From: Macrostomum lignano
Lineage: Eukaryota
Assembly (NCBI GenBank): GCA_002269645.1
Contig: NIVC01001698.1
Span: 184,635-248,634, forward strand
Length of the DNA stretch: 64,000 nucleotides
Direction of reading: 5' to 3'
This document shows, piece by piece, positions 1 to 12,684 of the stretch. The translations under genes were made by a program, and so were the position numbers. Every line of letters starts with the position of its first letter. Position 1 is the first letter of the stretch. The notes beneath the pieces are model-generated. The model was not told the DNA's origin. It made no database searches and worked only from the letters and a program-made list of their open reading frames with translations.

Positions 1-729
1 ATCAAGCCTCGGCAGTAGGCAAACGATCACCTTTTAAGTTATAGTCTTTCAAGCATTCTGTCATCACCCCGACGCCATCGGCACCTTTAAGGGTGACACC
101 AGATAACCACCAGATGGTTAAAATTTGAACTACCAAGGGGTGCCAGTCTGATAAAGTAGATTGAGAAAGTTTCTGGCAGATTTGCTACGTGCTGATTTCT
201 CTACTAAATTCGCTAAAACACGAGCGTAATGCCAAAAAATTGTCTTGATTAATGTTTAAACAAAAACAAGCGATAAAATCGTCATTTTAAGAGCCTACAT
301 ACGAGTATGCGGTATAATATATCAATGTAAATTTTGAATGGCTATAAGCACAAGTGTCAGTGTATTTAATGATTGGCAAAAATATGATTCTTAGTACTTC
401 CAGCTGACCCCTGAGCCTAAGTATAACAGCGGCCCTGATCTACATATCACAGTTAAATTTGTAAAATGAAAAACAGTTATTAGATATGAAATGTGGATAA
501 ATAAAATAAAGCTAAAGCTGTTGTGGCAAAACTTGCAAAAATCTGAGCAACAATTTTTGAGATAAAATGGAAGTTAAATTCTATAAAAATAATGGCTTGT
601 AAAAGGCAAAGCTGTGTTAGTACAATGGCACGCAGTTGGATTCACTACTGGGCATTGTGCAATAAGCTCAGGTTCCTAAAGAGAACATGCGCTTAGACAC
701 AGAAAGCATAAGCAAGCAGCTTGATGCAT

Positions 730-3281
730 CCCAGTGAAAAATGATTCATGGATTCCACGTGGGTTCCACGTGGCCATGTGGAATTTAAATGTTTCTTTAA
801 TTTTTGCAAATAATTGACTTAAAGATGACATAATGGTATGCAAAGTATTTTTTATGCATTATTTTTTTATTTTTACTGTCCTAATGTTGATGTGGATTTT
901 ACAAGGAATTCATGAGAAATAAGCGTATATTGATTCAACATGGAATCCACTTCGATAAAAAACTGTGATACACCTTATTTAGACGTTTTTATGAAATTAC
1001 TAAAATTAATTATTATATTTATATGCTTTTAAGTAAAAATTATTATCTAAAAGCTAAATTATAATCGGAAAATAAGACACTGTTTGTTAAAATAGACAAA
1101 ATAGAAGTTAACAATAAAAAACGTTTCGTACGTTTTAAAATTAAATTAATTTTATTTTATATTCGTCAATGTCTTGGTCCAAGGCCTTGAAAGATAAAGT
1201 GCCTTGTTTATGGCTATTTAAGCACCTTAAAAATTTTAGTAGACCTAGCCTATAGGCAATAACTTACGAGTATAAGGCCATGGCCTCCATGGGATTAGAA
1301 ATTAGATAAATCAGTATTTTATCATAGATAGGCCTAATACTTTTGGTAAAATCCATGATAAATTTATTTAGGCCTAGGCCCTATCCAATTTCTAGGAATC
1401 CCATGGCCATGTCCATAGATTGGCTACTCATTTTTTAACTTAAATAGGCCTTTAGAAGTTCATAATTTCCTCTTAGTCCTACCTATCTATTTATATGTAT
1501 GCTTATTAGGCCTATTTTAAGCTAGGCCTATAACTATCAATTTAGGTCCTTCTATTTTAATTAAGGTTGGGAGTTGGGACTAGCTTGACTTTGTGAATTG
1601 TGACTAGTCAATCTAGTTAATCTGTTAAAAATCTATTAATTTATGATTTTCTTCAAAAAAGCCTATTAGCATCTTTTGGACTTGTTGCATTTTTAAAAAC
1701 AGTATTATTAATTATAATAAATAATTCTGCATTTACACTTGCAACTTGCTTTTGGCATAGCTAGCCTAGCAGATCCCTAAGGTTGCTATTATAAATAAAT
1801 AATGATTATTGTAAATTTGATCTGATTTAGGCCAAGTCCAGAATTTAATAGCCATAGGCATAGGGCATAGCTATTTAGGCTTAGGCCTAATGTTAAATCA
1901 TACTAGGCCAGCAAATATAAAAAAACATGCATTGCTTTGCCTAAATACTTTATAGTTTAAAATCAATTTTAAAATAAAAAATTAAATTTATAGAAACATA
2001 GGAATATTAATTATTTTTGTATTTATTATTTTATTGGTTTATTGATTGACTTAGGTAGGGTTTTCTTTTTTGCTAGAGACAAAGTGCAAAATTATATCCT
2101 ATGCTCACTTTCAGGGTTTTATGATTTTAAGGCTTAGAATGCAATTTCTCTTTTTTCTTATATAAAGGCAGTGCAAATAAGGCTTCAACAGAAAAATAGG
2201 TAATGAAATCGCACCTAAACTGTATCCACTTTTTAATTTCAATTTTCAAGGTGCAATTTTAAAATTTAAGGCGCATATGCACACTTTGCGCTTAAAAAAA
2301 TAAACCTAGAACTTAGGCCTAGTTAATTTTAAAATAAACTTTATTAAGTATTCATCCTTAAATTAGTTTTATGAATTATATCAATATAATCTATCAATCT
2401 TAATTGGCAACAATTATTTTTCTATTTCATTTCAGCCTAACATTACATGGCCCATCCTCAAACTTGGATGTCACCTTGGTCTTTCCTTTGAAGAAGCATG
2501 CAAAGCTACTTGGAATTTGAATATAATATCTAGAATGCTACCTTTTGTGAAGCAATGGTAAGTTTTAGTTATAAACTGATTTTTTTCTGTTATCAAAATC
2601 TGTTATAAGATCAAAATCTATCAAAATCTATTACAAAATCTATCATCAATCTGTTATAAAATTCTGTAATTTAACCCCTTTCTTTTCTAAGGTTTCTCAC
2701 CTGACCTGAAGAAGCAGCATTCTGGCAATTGGCAGCAGCATGTTTCTGACTGTTCTAATTCTGGTGCATTATATTATTGTTAATTAATTAATGCTATTGA
2801 CAATGTCAATTTCAAATTATATATTATATCATATGCGCAGCGCAACTTTAAAGATATCAATATCTATATCTGTGTGTTTATTCTTTGTGTGCCAGTGACT
2901 CACTACTGTATATAAATACACCTTACTTATTGAGACATCCTTTTTGAATATATTTTTGTGCAGAAATATTTTTTCGCTATAGCTAGTGTTTTTATCTGTG
3001 TTTCAGTTTCTTTTATATGGTATTGAGATCTGGGGTTCATATGAAGTTTTGAGATCTGATATTATTTTGAGATTTAGGATGCAACAATTTATTATGGCAA
3101 CCAGTATAATGGCTGTTTACTCAATGACAATGTGGATTCTATGTGAAATACATAATTACTTCCATGTGGATCTTCCATGTGGAATCCATATCTCAATTCC
3201 ACATGGATGGACGGAGACAAATGCACATATGGATTTCATATGAAAAATCCACATGGAATCCATATACTTTTTTTCACTGGG
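730..3281. mobile_element. Non-autonomous DNA transposon, CMC/EnSpm-like, about 2.55 kb
   Basis: TIR CCCAGTGAAAAA at 730-741 and its reverse complement TTTTTCACTGGG ending at 3281, with similarity continuing into ATGGATTCC. AT flanks both ends (728-729, 3282-3283), a possible 2-bp TSD. Subterminal GGATTCCAC/ATGTGGAT-type motifs cluster at both ends. No transposase ORF. The superfamily call is inferred from CCC termini plus 2-bp TSD. Confidence 0.65.
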
Positions 3282-3569
3282 ATGTTGCTTTCAATAATTT
3301 GGCAATTCGCGCACAGGTACACCTGTTATATACAAAAACAAATCAGTAATTATTTAACGAAAATCTTTTGCTTCTGCGCCGCTCATATCAGAATGCAGGA
3401 TAGATTTCTTCTAGGAGCATTATATCAATCAGAATCAGTCAATTATAAATGCACAAGGAACAGTGGCAAATTACTAACTTTTTGGCAGCCAAATCAAAAT
3501 ACACGATGAACATTTCTATGGCGTAGGCAACTGATCCACTGTGCAAGTTTAGTTTGAAATACTCGTAGC

Positions 3570-3935
3570 CTATGGCTGAAGATTGTCTGTGACTCAAAAA
3601 ATATGGCTCAAAATACATGTAGTCCCGGGATAGCTCAAAATAATCTATGGTTCAAGATAGTCAATGGCTCAAGATACTTTATGGCTCAAAATAGTCTATA
3701 TGGCCCAAGATACTCTATGCATGGCTCAAGATACTCTATGGCCCAAGATACTCTATGGCTCAAAATAGTCTATGGCCCAAAATAGACAATGGCTCAAGTT
3801 TTTCTATGCCTCAAAATAATCAATGGTTTAAGATACTCTATGGCTCAAGATACTCTATGGCTCAAGATACTCTATGGGTCAAGATATTATATATGGCTCA
3901 AAATAGACTATGGCTCAAAAGTCTATGGTTTAAGC
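3570..3935. repeat. Degenerate ~17-18-bp tandem repeat (GATACTCTATGGCTCAA)
   Basis: Repeated ctctatggctcaagata-like units just downstream of the anoctamin stop codon. Confidence 0.8.
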
Positions 3936-3994
3936 TCTAAAGTACTCAGCGAATCAAAATAGCTCGTAGTTATGATTTTAAAACAGTCCACAGC

Positions 3995-4980
3995 TCAAAC
4001 TGCAGCCTCTGCCTCCTTACTCTCCGCCTGGTGCATCTGGCGGAACAGCGCTTTTCGTAGGACGCCGGCCGGCACCCTGGGCACCAGGCGCATGACCAGA
4101 GCTCGCAGCGCCAGCACCAGATGTTCAAACACCAGCACGAAGGACAGCCGGGCGGCCAGCACGTGCCAGTGCTCCGGTCGCCAGTTGTACGGCGGCTCCG
4201 GCTGGCGGAAGTCGCGGTAGTAGCAGATGGCCTCGCTGGAGTTCGCCACCTGCGAGGCGGCCTCAAAGTCGGCGGTGTTGAAGCTGGACAGGCGCCACTC
4301 GATGTAGCCGTCGAAGCTGCCGTTGCTGGCCGTCAGCCGGTAGACGAGGCGCGGCACCTGCTCAGAGGTGAACCCGACCACCACGGCATTGGTGACCAGC
4401 GATAGGGCACCGAGGGAGGACAGGATCTGCTCCCAGGCTCCGATGTCGCTGGCGCGGCGGGCCAGCGGACGGCGCATCAGGCGGAGCATCTTCCAGGCGT
4501 CGAGACGCAGTTCCTGCGGGTTGAACACCGGCCAGGACCCGATAATTAGTCGAGGGATTCCACTGACCCCCTGAGCATCCCTGAGGCCCTAACGAGCTCA
4601 CCATCACATTATTCAGCAGTGCAAACATTGGCGCCAACGGCATGGCGGCCATGAACAGGGTGAGGAAGCCGAACTGCAGCACCATCTCCAGGTACTCGTC
4701 AAACAGGTGCAGCTTTCTACTGGGCGCGAGGGCCCAGTCCTCCTCCCACTGCGGCTGCGGCGGCCGCTGCTTGCCGGCTTGCAGCTCGGCTGTCTACAGA
4801 TTTTTAGCCCGCATCCGCTGAACGATGAGGCGCTTGACCGTCGGCAGGCCCATCTCAGTGGCCATGCTCAGCAGCTGCTTGACCACGAAGACCACCAGCA
4901 TCTGGATCACCAGCTCCACCTGCGAACGGTGCGGGAAAATGAAACGGACTGCGAATTCAACCTCACTCACACGCATACAT

Positions 4981-5024
<44 letters not shown>

Positions 5025-8000
5025 TAGTCGGTCGCTACTGGCAGCCAGCGAGGAGGCAAAAACAGCCATACTAATTGCGTTGATTTTCGCTGTTAAGAGA
5101 AATTATTTATCAAAGAATGTATTCGCTACTCTATTTATAGTAGAAATACAGGCAAAGTACATTAAATAATGAAATTAGCGCACATAAATCCTGTTAAGAG
5201 TAAAAATATTCTGTTTTCAATTAGTCCCATCACAAAACCTTAATCATGCACGCATGTACAGCGGCCACCTGATAGGCAAGAATCACACTTAAATGTAAGC
5301 TCCTAGCCAAATAGCTGATGCGGCCGTGAGCGCGGAATCGAACCCATGGAACTATAGCGCAAGACTCAGAGGGTCCGTGCTATAAAGTACTACTAGGGTA
5401 TGAATTGACTCTATAAAGGGTCAGGAGTCTTGAATTTTCTGGGCTACTGGGGTAACACTACTGGGGTCACTACTGGGTTGACACTACTGGGGACGCACTA
5501 CTGGGGTCACACTACTGGGGTCACACTACTGGGGTCACACTACTGGGGTCACTACTGGGGTCACACTACTGGAGTCACACTACTGGGGTCACACTACTGG
5601 GGTCACACTACTGGGGTCACACTACTGGGGTCACACTACTGGGGTCACACTACTGGGGTCACACTACTGGGGTCACACTACTGGGGTCACACTACTGGAG
5701 TCACACTACTGCAGGGTCACACTACTGGGGTCACACTACTGGAGTCACACTACTGCAGGGTCACACTACTGGAGTCACACTACTGCGGTCACACTACTGG
5801 AGTCACACTACTGCAGGGTCACACTACTGCGGTCACACTACTGCGGTCACACTACTGCGGTCACACTACTGCGGTCACACTACTGCAGGGTCACACTACT
5901 GCAGGGTCACACTACTGCAGGGTCACACTACTGCGGTCACACTACTGCGGTCACACTACTGCGGTCACACTACTGCAGGGTCACACTACTGGAGTCACAC
6001 TACTGCAGGGTCACACTACTGCGGTCACACTACTGCGGTCACACTACTGCGGTCACACTACTGCGGTCACACTACTGGGGTCACACTACTGGGGTCACAC
6101 TACTGGAGTCACACTACTGCAGGGTCACACTACTGGGGTCACACTACTGGAGTCACACTACTGCAGGGTCACACTACTGGAGTCACACTACTGCGGTCAC
6201 ACTACTGGAGTCACACTACTGGAGTCACACTACTGCAGGGTCACACTACTGCGGTCACACTACTGCGGTCACACTACTGCGGTCACACTACTGGAGTCAC
6301 ACTACTGCAGGGTCACACTACTGCAGGGTCACACTACTGCGGTCACACTACTGCGGTCACACTACTGCGGTCACACTACTGCAGGGTCACACTACTGGAG
6401 TCACACTACTGCAGGGTCACACTACTGCGGTCACACTACTGCGGTCACACTACTGCGGTCACACTACTGCGGTCACACTACTGGGGTCACACTACTGGGG
6501 TCACACTACTGGAGTCACACTACTGCAGGGTCACACTACTGGGGTCACACTACTGGAGTCACACTACTGCGGTCACACTACTGGAGTCACACTACTGCGG
6601 TCACACTACTGGAGTCACACTACTGCAGGGTCACACTACTGCAGGGTCACACTACTGGGGTCACACTACTGGGGTCACACTACTGGGGTCACACTACTGG
6701 GGTCACACTACTGGAGTCACACTACTGCAGGGTCACACTACTGGGGTCACACTACTGGAGTCACACTACTGCAGGGTCACACTACTGGAGTCACACTACT
6801 GCGGTCACACTACTGGAGTCACACTACTGCAGGGTCACACTACTGCAGGGTCACACTACTGCGGTCACACTACTGCGGTCACACTACTGCGGTCACACTA
6901 CTGCAGGGTCACACTACTGCAGGGTCACACTACTGCAGGGTCACACTACTGCGGTCACACTACTGCAGGGTCACACTACTGCGGTCACACTACAGGGGAC
7001 GCACCATGCAGCCAGCCGGGTCGCACTCCTCTGGTCTGGCGTCAAGCCACAGCCTGGTGTAGCTGCCCGGCCGGCCGTGGAACTGGCCCTTGAAGAAGGC
7101 GATGTAGAACACCGAGGCGTAATAGTTGACGAACTGGAAGCAGTACATCTTCAACGTGTACGAGTTCTCGTAGCCAGCGTCCGTTCGTCGCAGCTCGAGC
7201 TCGGTGAGGCGCAGGGCCAGCTTGCTGTACACCAGGTTCAGCAGCATGATGCACGCGATGTTGAGCACGGCGGCTGTCAGCGAGGTGATGATGCGGGCCC
7301 GGCTGGTGGGCAGCGTGTCCAGCGAGGTCAGCACCTGTGAAGTTTGGATTCAGGATCAGTGTTGGGTCAAGTCGTGAGAGCACAGAGGGTGAGAGCACAG
7401 AGGGTGAGAGCACAGATGGTGAGAGCACAGAGGGTGAGAGCACAGAGGGTGAGAGCACAGGGTGAGAGCACAGAGGGTGAGAGCACAGATGGTGAGAGCA
7501 CAGATGGTGAGAGCACAGAGGGTGAGAGCACAGAGGGTGAGAGCACAGAGGGTGAGAGCACAGAGGGTGAGAGCACAGAGGGTGAGAGCACAGGGTGAGA
7601 GCACAGAGGGTGAGAGCAGAGCACAGAGGGTGAGAGCACAGAGGGTGCTCTCAGAGCTCCCACCTTACTTTACTAAGAGGCTTTTTTCACCTATGGATGC
7701 CAGAGGGGTGTCAGCTACAGAGGGGGCGCCAGGTACAGAGGGGCGCCAGCTACAGAGGGGCGCCAGCTACAGAAAGGCGCTAGCTACAGAGGGGGCGCCA
7801 GCTACAGAGGGGCGCCAGCTACAGAGGGGCGCCAGCTACAGAAAGGCGCTAGCTACAGAGGGGGCGCCAGCTACAGAGGGGCGCCAGCTACAGAGGGGCG
7901 CCAGCTACAGAAAGGCGCTAGCTACAGAAAGGCGCCAGCTACAGAGGGGCGCCAGCTACAGAGGGGCGCCAGCTACAGAAAGGCGCCAGCTACAGAGGGG

Positions 8001-10606
8001 CGCCAGCTACAGAGGGGCGCCAGCTACAGAGGGGCGCCAGCTACAGAGGGGCGCCAGCTACAGAGGGGCGCCAGCTACAGAGGGGCGCCAGCTACAGAGG
8101 GGCGCCAGCTACAGAGGGGCGCCAGCTACAGAGGGACGCCAGCTACAGAAAGGCGCCAGCTACAGAGGGGCGCCAGCTACAGAGGGGCGCCAGCTACAGA
8201 GGGGCGCCAGCTACAGAAAGGCGCCAGCTACAGAGGGGCGCCAGCTACAGAGGGGCGCCAGCTACAGAGGGGCGCCAGCTACAGAGGGGCGCCAGCTACA
8301 GAGGGGCGCCAGCTACAGAAAGGCGCCAGCTACAGAGGTGCGCCAGCTACAGAGGGGCGCCAGCTACAGAGGGGCGCCAGCTACAGAGGGGCGCCAGCTA
8401 CAGAGGTGCGCCAGCTACAGAGGGGCGCCAGCTACAGAGGGGCGCCAGCTACAGAGGGGCGCCAGCTACAGAGGTGCGCCAGCTACAGAGGGGCGCCAGC
8501 TACAGAGGGGCGCCAGCTACAGAGGTGCGCCAGCTACAGAGGGGCGCCAGCTACAGAGGGGCGCCAGCTACAGAGGGGCGCCAGCTACAGAGGTGCGCCA
8601 GCTACAGAGGGGCGCCAGCTACAGAGGGGCGCCAGCTACAGAGTGGGCATGACGGAGCTTGTCAACAACTCTTTTCAGAAGATATTCAGGCGGGAAAATC
8701 TCCCGTGGACAAGGCTCGGCCGAGCAATCTTCCTTGCTTAGGCACAGGTGCGCGTGTACTGAGCACTCTAAGTGGCCGTCCAGCATCCGGGACTTTGTTA
8801 TCCATGGCTAAGCAACAACCACTAGAGTTCCAAGGCTCACCGCCAGGATGCACAGCCGGTACACGATGACGCCGACTACAACAGCCAGCACCAGGCACAG
8901 CATGAAGGCCACGGTGGCGGTGCTCAGGCACAGTCTGGGGGCCCGCTGTCGCGGCGGCAGGCCCTCCTGCAGGAGCCGCCGGCTCTCCGCTGCAGCTTCG
9001 GCCTCCTCGTCATCGACAGCCTCCTCAGCCGCAACGTCATCCACGCGTCTCGGCAGCCGCGGAAGGATGCGCCGAACAAACTCCGGGCGGGGCGCCGGCT
9101 CCAGACGGAGGTCAGCAACGTCCCAGCAGCGGCGCAGCTCGGCCTGCCGCCGGCGCCAGAAGTCCAGCAGGCAGGCAGCCCACAAGGCGGTCAGGAGGGA
9201 TAGCAGGACGGTGGCCTCGTTGTCGAAAACGCGCACCATTCGGGAGTAGAGGCAGCTCTGGCCCAGGCGGGTGAAGTCGCAGGCCCGGTCGCAAGCCGGG
9301 CACAGCACCAGATCAGCGATCCGCGAATCTCGGCATACCTCATCGGCGGTGGCGTCCCCGGCAACGGTTGCTAAGCCATAGAAAAAGGCCAGGCAGCCCA
9401 GCGCGGCCAGCGGCACCAGCCACTTGTTGTAGAAACCCAGCCAAACAAAGTACATCGCGATCTTCTCGCCCAGGTAGCGACGCATGGGCTCCATGGGCTG
9501 CAGACGCCACCAGTGCTTGGCGGTGGCCCAGCTGCGCACCAGATTCTCCCGCTCGGGCTCCGAGTGCATAGGGTAGCAGTCAGCCAGGGCACCTGGCAAC
9601 GCCATCAGACATTTGAGGCAGGGGGCTGTATGCACTCTGGCGCACTCTAAGCGACATTGTCACACAACCGGCGGGAGGCATTACTGCCCATTCCGCCGAC
9701 TCCCCTGAGCAGGCATACAAGCGCGCGGATACGTACGCAATCATTCGCACAGGCACAACACTCATACACGAGTGTACAGTGGCCCTAACTTTATTTAACG
9801 TTAATCGTAGTCATGTACATTTCACTGTGCTTTGGAGGTTGACTCTCAAGGCCGTTAATTGCACGAGCAGAGCCAAGCCGAGATTCCAATTTAGCCCCAA
9901 AATAATGTGACTGCACTTGGAATCGAACCTGGGCCGCTGGTACATCAGAGCGCCCTGACAGTCAGCCATGGCCAAGTTCAAAGCTCTGGCAAATGGCATG
10001 ATTAGAAACCTGCTCACCCGAGGCCAGGCAGCCCGAAAACTCTGGCAGCAGGGCCAGAGCCTCGTAAAGCAGCAGCGAGCGCTGAGCCGGCGTAAAGAAT
10101 TTCTCCTGGTCCTCCGAGTTCAGGAACAGTTCCAGTCGAGCCTTCTGAAAGGGCGCCGAGTACAGGCGGTCTCGGTCCTGGTTGCAATCCTCCAGCGGCG
10201 CGCCGGCCACCGACTTCAAGCAGCTGACGGACACTTTCGAGGAGGCTGCGGAGGCGGCATCGTCGCCTTCGCCGTCCAGCTGCTGAGCCAGCGGCATCTC
10301 CAGCCGGCTGGCCTCGGCCTGCGCCGCCAGCAGGTCAAACGGCGCCCTCACCAGCAGGAAGCCGGCGGTTGCGGCGGCGCCACCGGCGGCAGCGATGACA
10401 ACGCCGGCGGAGGTGGGCGGTGGCCTCATCTGGACGGCCACGCCGAGGGAGGTCAAGCGCGCCCGCAAGGCACTCTGCTCCTCCTTCCGCTCCGGCTCAG
10501 TCGAGGCGCCCAGGGCCAGCACCAGGTCGGCGTGGAACTCGCCGCTGCCGCCGGTTTCGTCAATGCCGCAAGAATTCTGAGCCGGCTCTTCCTGCAGTTC
10601 ATGCAT
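3995..10606 (-). CDS. ANO: Anoctamin/TMEM16-family channel or scramblase; 5 exons; in-frame TAG in exon 4 (possible pseudogene or allele)
   Basis: Exons (minus): 10606-10018, 9592-8841, 7334-7005, 4919-4602, 4513-3995. All junctions GT-AG and phase-consistent; 2508 nt total. Motifs [81 protein letters not shown]. In-frame TAG at 4796-4794. Confidence 0.9.
4983..5021. repeat. (CA)n microsatellite in anoctamin intron
   Basis: Uninterrupted ac run. Confidence 0.95.
5225..5400 (-). mobile_element. Possible tRNA-derived SINE fragment (second family; related copy at about 9740-9970)
   Basis: Minus strand has B-box-like GGGTTCGATTCCG. The 9740-9970 segment has GGTTCGATTCC, and both share a GGCC(G/A)CTGTACA..CGTG(C/T)ATGA motif further 3'. 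Confidence 0.35.
5455..6993. repeat. Minisatellite, 14-bp unit GTCACACTACTG(GG/CG/GA) with a 16-bp GCAGG variant; fills anoctamin intron 3
   Basis: About 100 tandem units ending a few bp from the exon-3 donor. Source of the spurious 636-aa ORF. Confidence 0.97.
7376..7645. repeat. Minisatellite, 15-bp GAGAGCACAGAGGGT, anoctamin intron 2
   Basis: Direct tandem copies. Confidence 0.95.
7712..8642. repeat. Minisatellite, 17-bp GCGCCAGCTACAGAGGG, anoctamin intron 2
   Basis: About 55 tandem copies. Confidence 0.97.
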
Positions 10607-12684
10607 TCCCCACTGAGCTGTGGATTTTGTGTTCAAAACAGTCACAAGCACTAATCGGTTGAAAACAAAAGTTTATTTGTTTCAAATTAAGAATTTATAT
10701 CACCAAGTTAGGGTATATATTAGAGTTTTTCCATTTCTTATGATGGCATAGGATATTTATCTGATTTATCTGATATTTTTCTACAAATTTAATATTAATG
10801 AATAATAAATGTCAAGGTGAAGAACAAGACAGCTATGAAATATGAAAGATTTACACACGATCAAATAAATTTAATGTAGTTACTTTTCAAACAAAACTAG
10901 AAGTGCATTTTATTTCATGTAAAAACTATAACTAATTAGAAACTAATTAGAACTAATTAGAAACTAATTATGATTTAAAATTTTGAAACTTAAATGAATT
11001 TAATCCTGCTATTGGAGCTAAAATAAAAAAGTTCAAACTTTTGTTGAAAATATTTAATTCGTGAAAATTCTAACCTTTCTAGAGATCTTTTTAAACGCCA
11101 AAATTTTACGTTGTCGTGTTTTTTTGCTTTTTGCAAATATGATGCGTTATGAAAGAGTCTTACTTAAACAACTCTTAAATTTAATTATACAACACAGTAA
11201 TTACAGTGTCGAGGCAAAGAAGCTAAAAAGAATGAAATCGAATGATATCTTAATCCGATTTTCACTAAAAATTGAGCTAGTGCTGTATTTTAAGGTATAT
11301 ATGTAATTCTATTATCAAATATTAGTATCGATGCCGGAAGTGAGTCTGTACCTGTGACTCTGTGCCAGAAAAAAATAGCCTTGACAGTTGACATCAATTG
11401 GGGCCGTCAATTTTTAAATAGGTACTTATAGAGGAAGTTAAATTTCAGGAACGCTTTTATTGAATAATAACAGAGCTACAGTTTAAAAAGCGTTAGAGAT
11501 GCTAATGTAACAGTAAATTTATCGGCAAGAATGTTTTTCAATTTTACACCCAAACTTTTTATTTAAATTTATCTGTTTCTTTTGTTTTATTACTATGCAC
11601 GAGAAATGTATTTTCCGGACATAACTAAACCATCAACTATATCCGTATTCGGATCACAGACCTCTTGTAATAAGCTAGTTTGAACAGAGTCTTATTTAAT
11701 TTTGGGTATTTTTATTTAATATTAAAATACATAAACCAAGCGCTGTAATTCTTCTTTGACCTAAAATGTATTCGAGATTCAAGAACATAAAATAAAGTTT
11801 TTAAGGATAGGCACAATTTATATGAATTGATAGTACATGTAGTATAGATATACCGGTATACCCACCTCCAGTTGCCAAAACCATGCGGCAAACTAAATAG
11901 TTTTTATATGAGCGATAAATGTATATGCTACGAGAGTACATTTAAACTTCACCGGACTAGGATCATCAGGGACTATGCTTAAACTAGATATTTAAGTTTA
12001 AGTAGTAGTCCTTTACTATAGGATTAGAAAATCTGCTCATTAATCATCCGTTGACACGACGAACTGACAATTGAGTTTTGACCATTGTGACCATGAACAT
12101 GATTTAAACTGCTGTTATCAAATCTTATCAGCTGCGTACAAAAATTGATACAAGTACAATTTTCAGAGTTCGCTTAGCAGCTCTGCCTGAGCGCTGCTGC
12201 TTGAATTTCGAGCATGCAAAAATGGCTACAGAAAATGCATGTACCCGTGCTATCGGAAAAAATTGTAGTACTAAGGGACTTTCAACTCATTATGTACTAT
12301 CAGAAACAGCCATCCCACGCTACCAGGCCCGGGGCAGGTATACAATTACCCAGCAGAACTAGCGCGAGTCCCTCTTAAACCCCGAATTTTATTGCTGCAA
12401 TTGTATTTTTTACCTTAAATTTTCCACCACGGTGTCGCCTTATCAGTAAAGCTCGCTCAGCCGCTACTTTTCACCTTATAGGTTATCTTATCTCTAAGCC
12501 TACTCCAGCAACTTTCTCACTTTCCTACTTACAACCCCCTCCCTAGCTAAACTTTGACTTTGACAACACTGAATCTGTATATAGAGAAGTTGAAAGGGGA
12601 AGGACACAGAGAGAGAGAATTAGAGGTTAGAGCCAATTTTGCGCCACGGTATTCTCTGTACCTTTGCGACACCCCGCCGCTACA

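Noticed and set aside
2436-2760. Exon-like segments (TTTCAG..GTAAG) inside the CMC-like element
   Set aside because: No coherent open frame or recognisable protein motif.
5430-8741. Long ORFs of 636 aa (5430-7340) and 396 aa (7462-8652) on the plus strand
   Set aside because: They are translations of stop-free minisatellites inside anoctamin introns, on the antisense strand.
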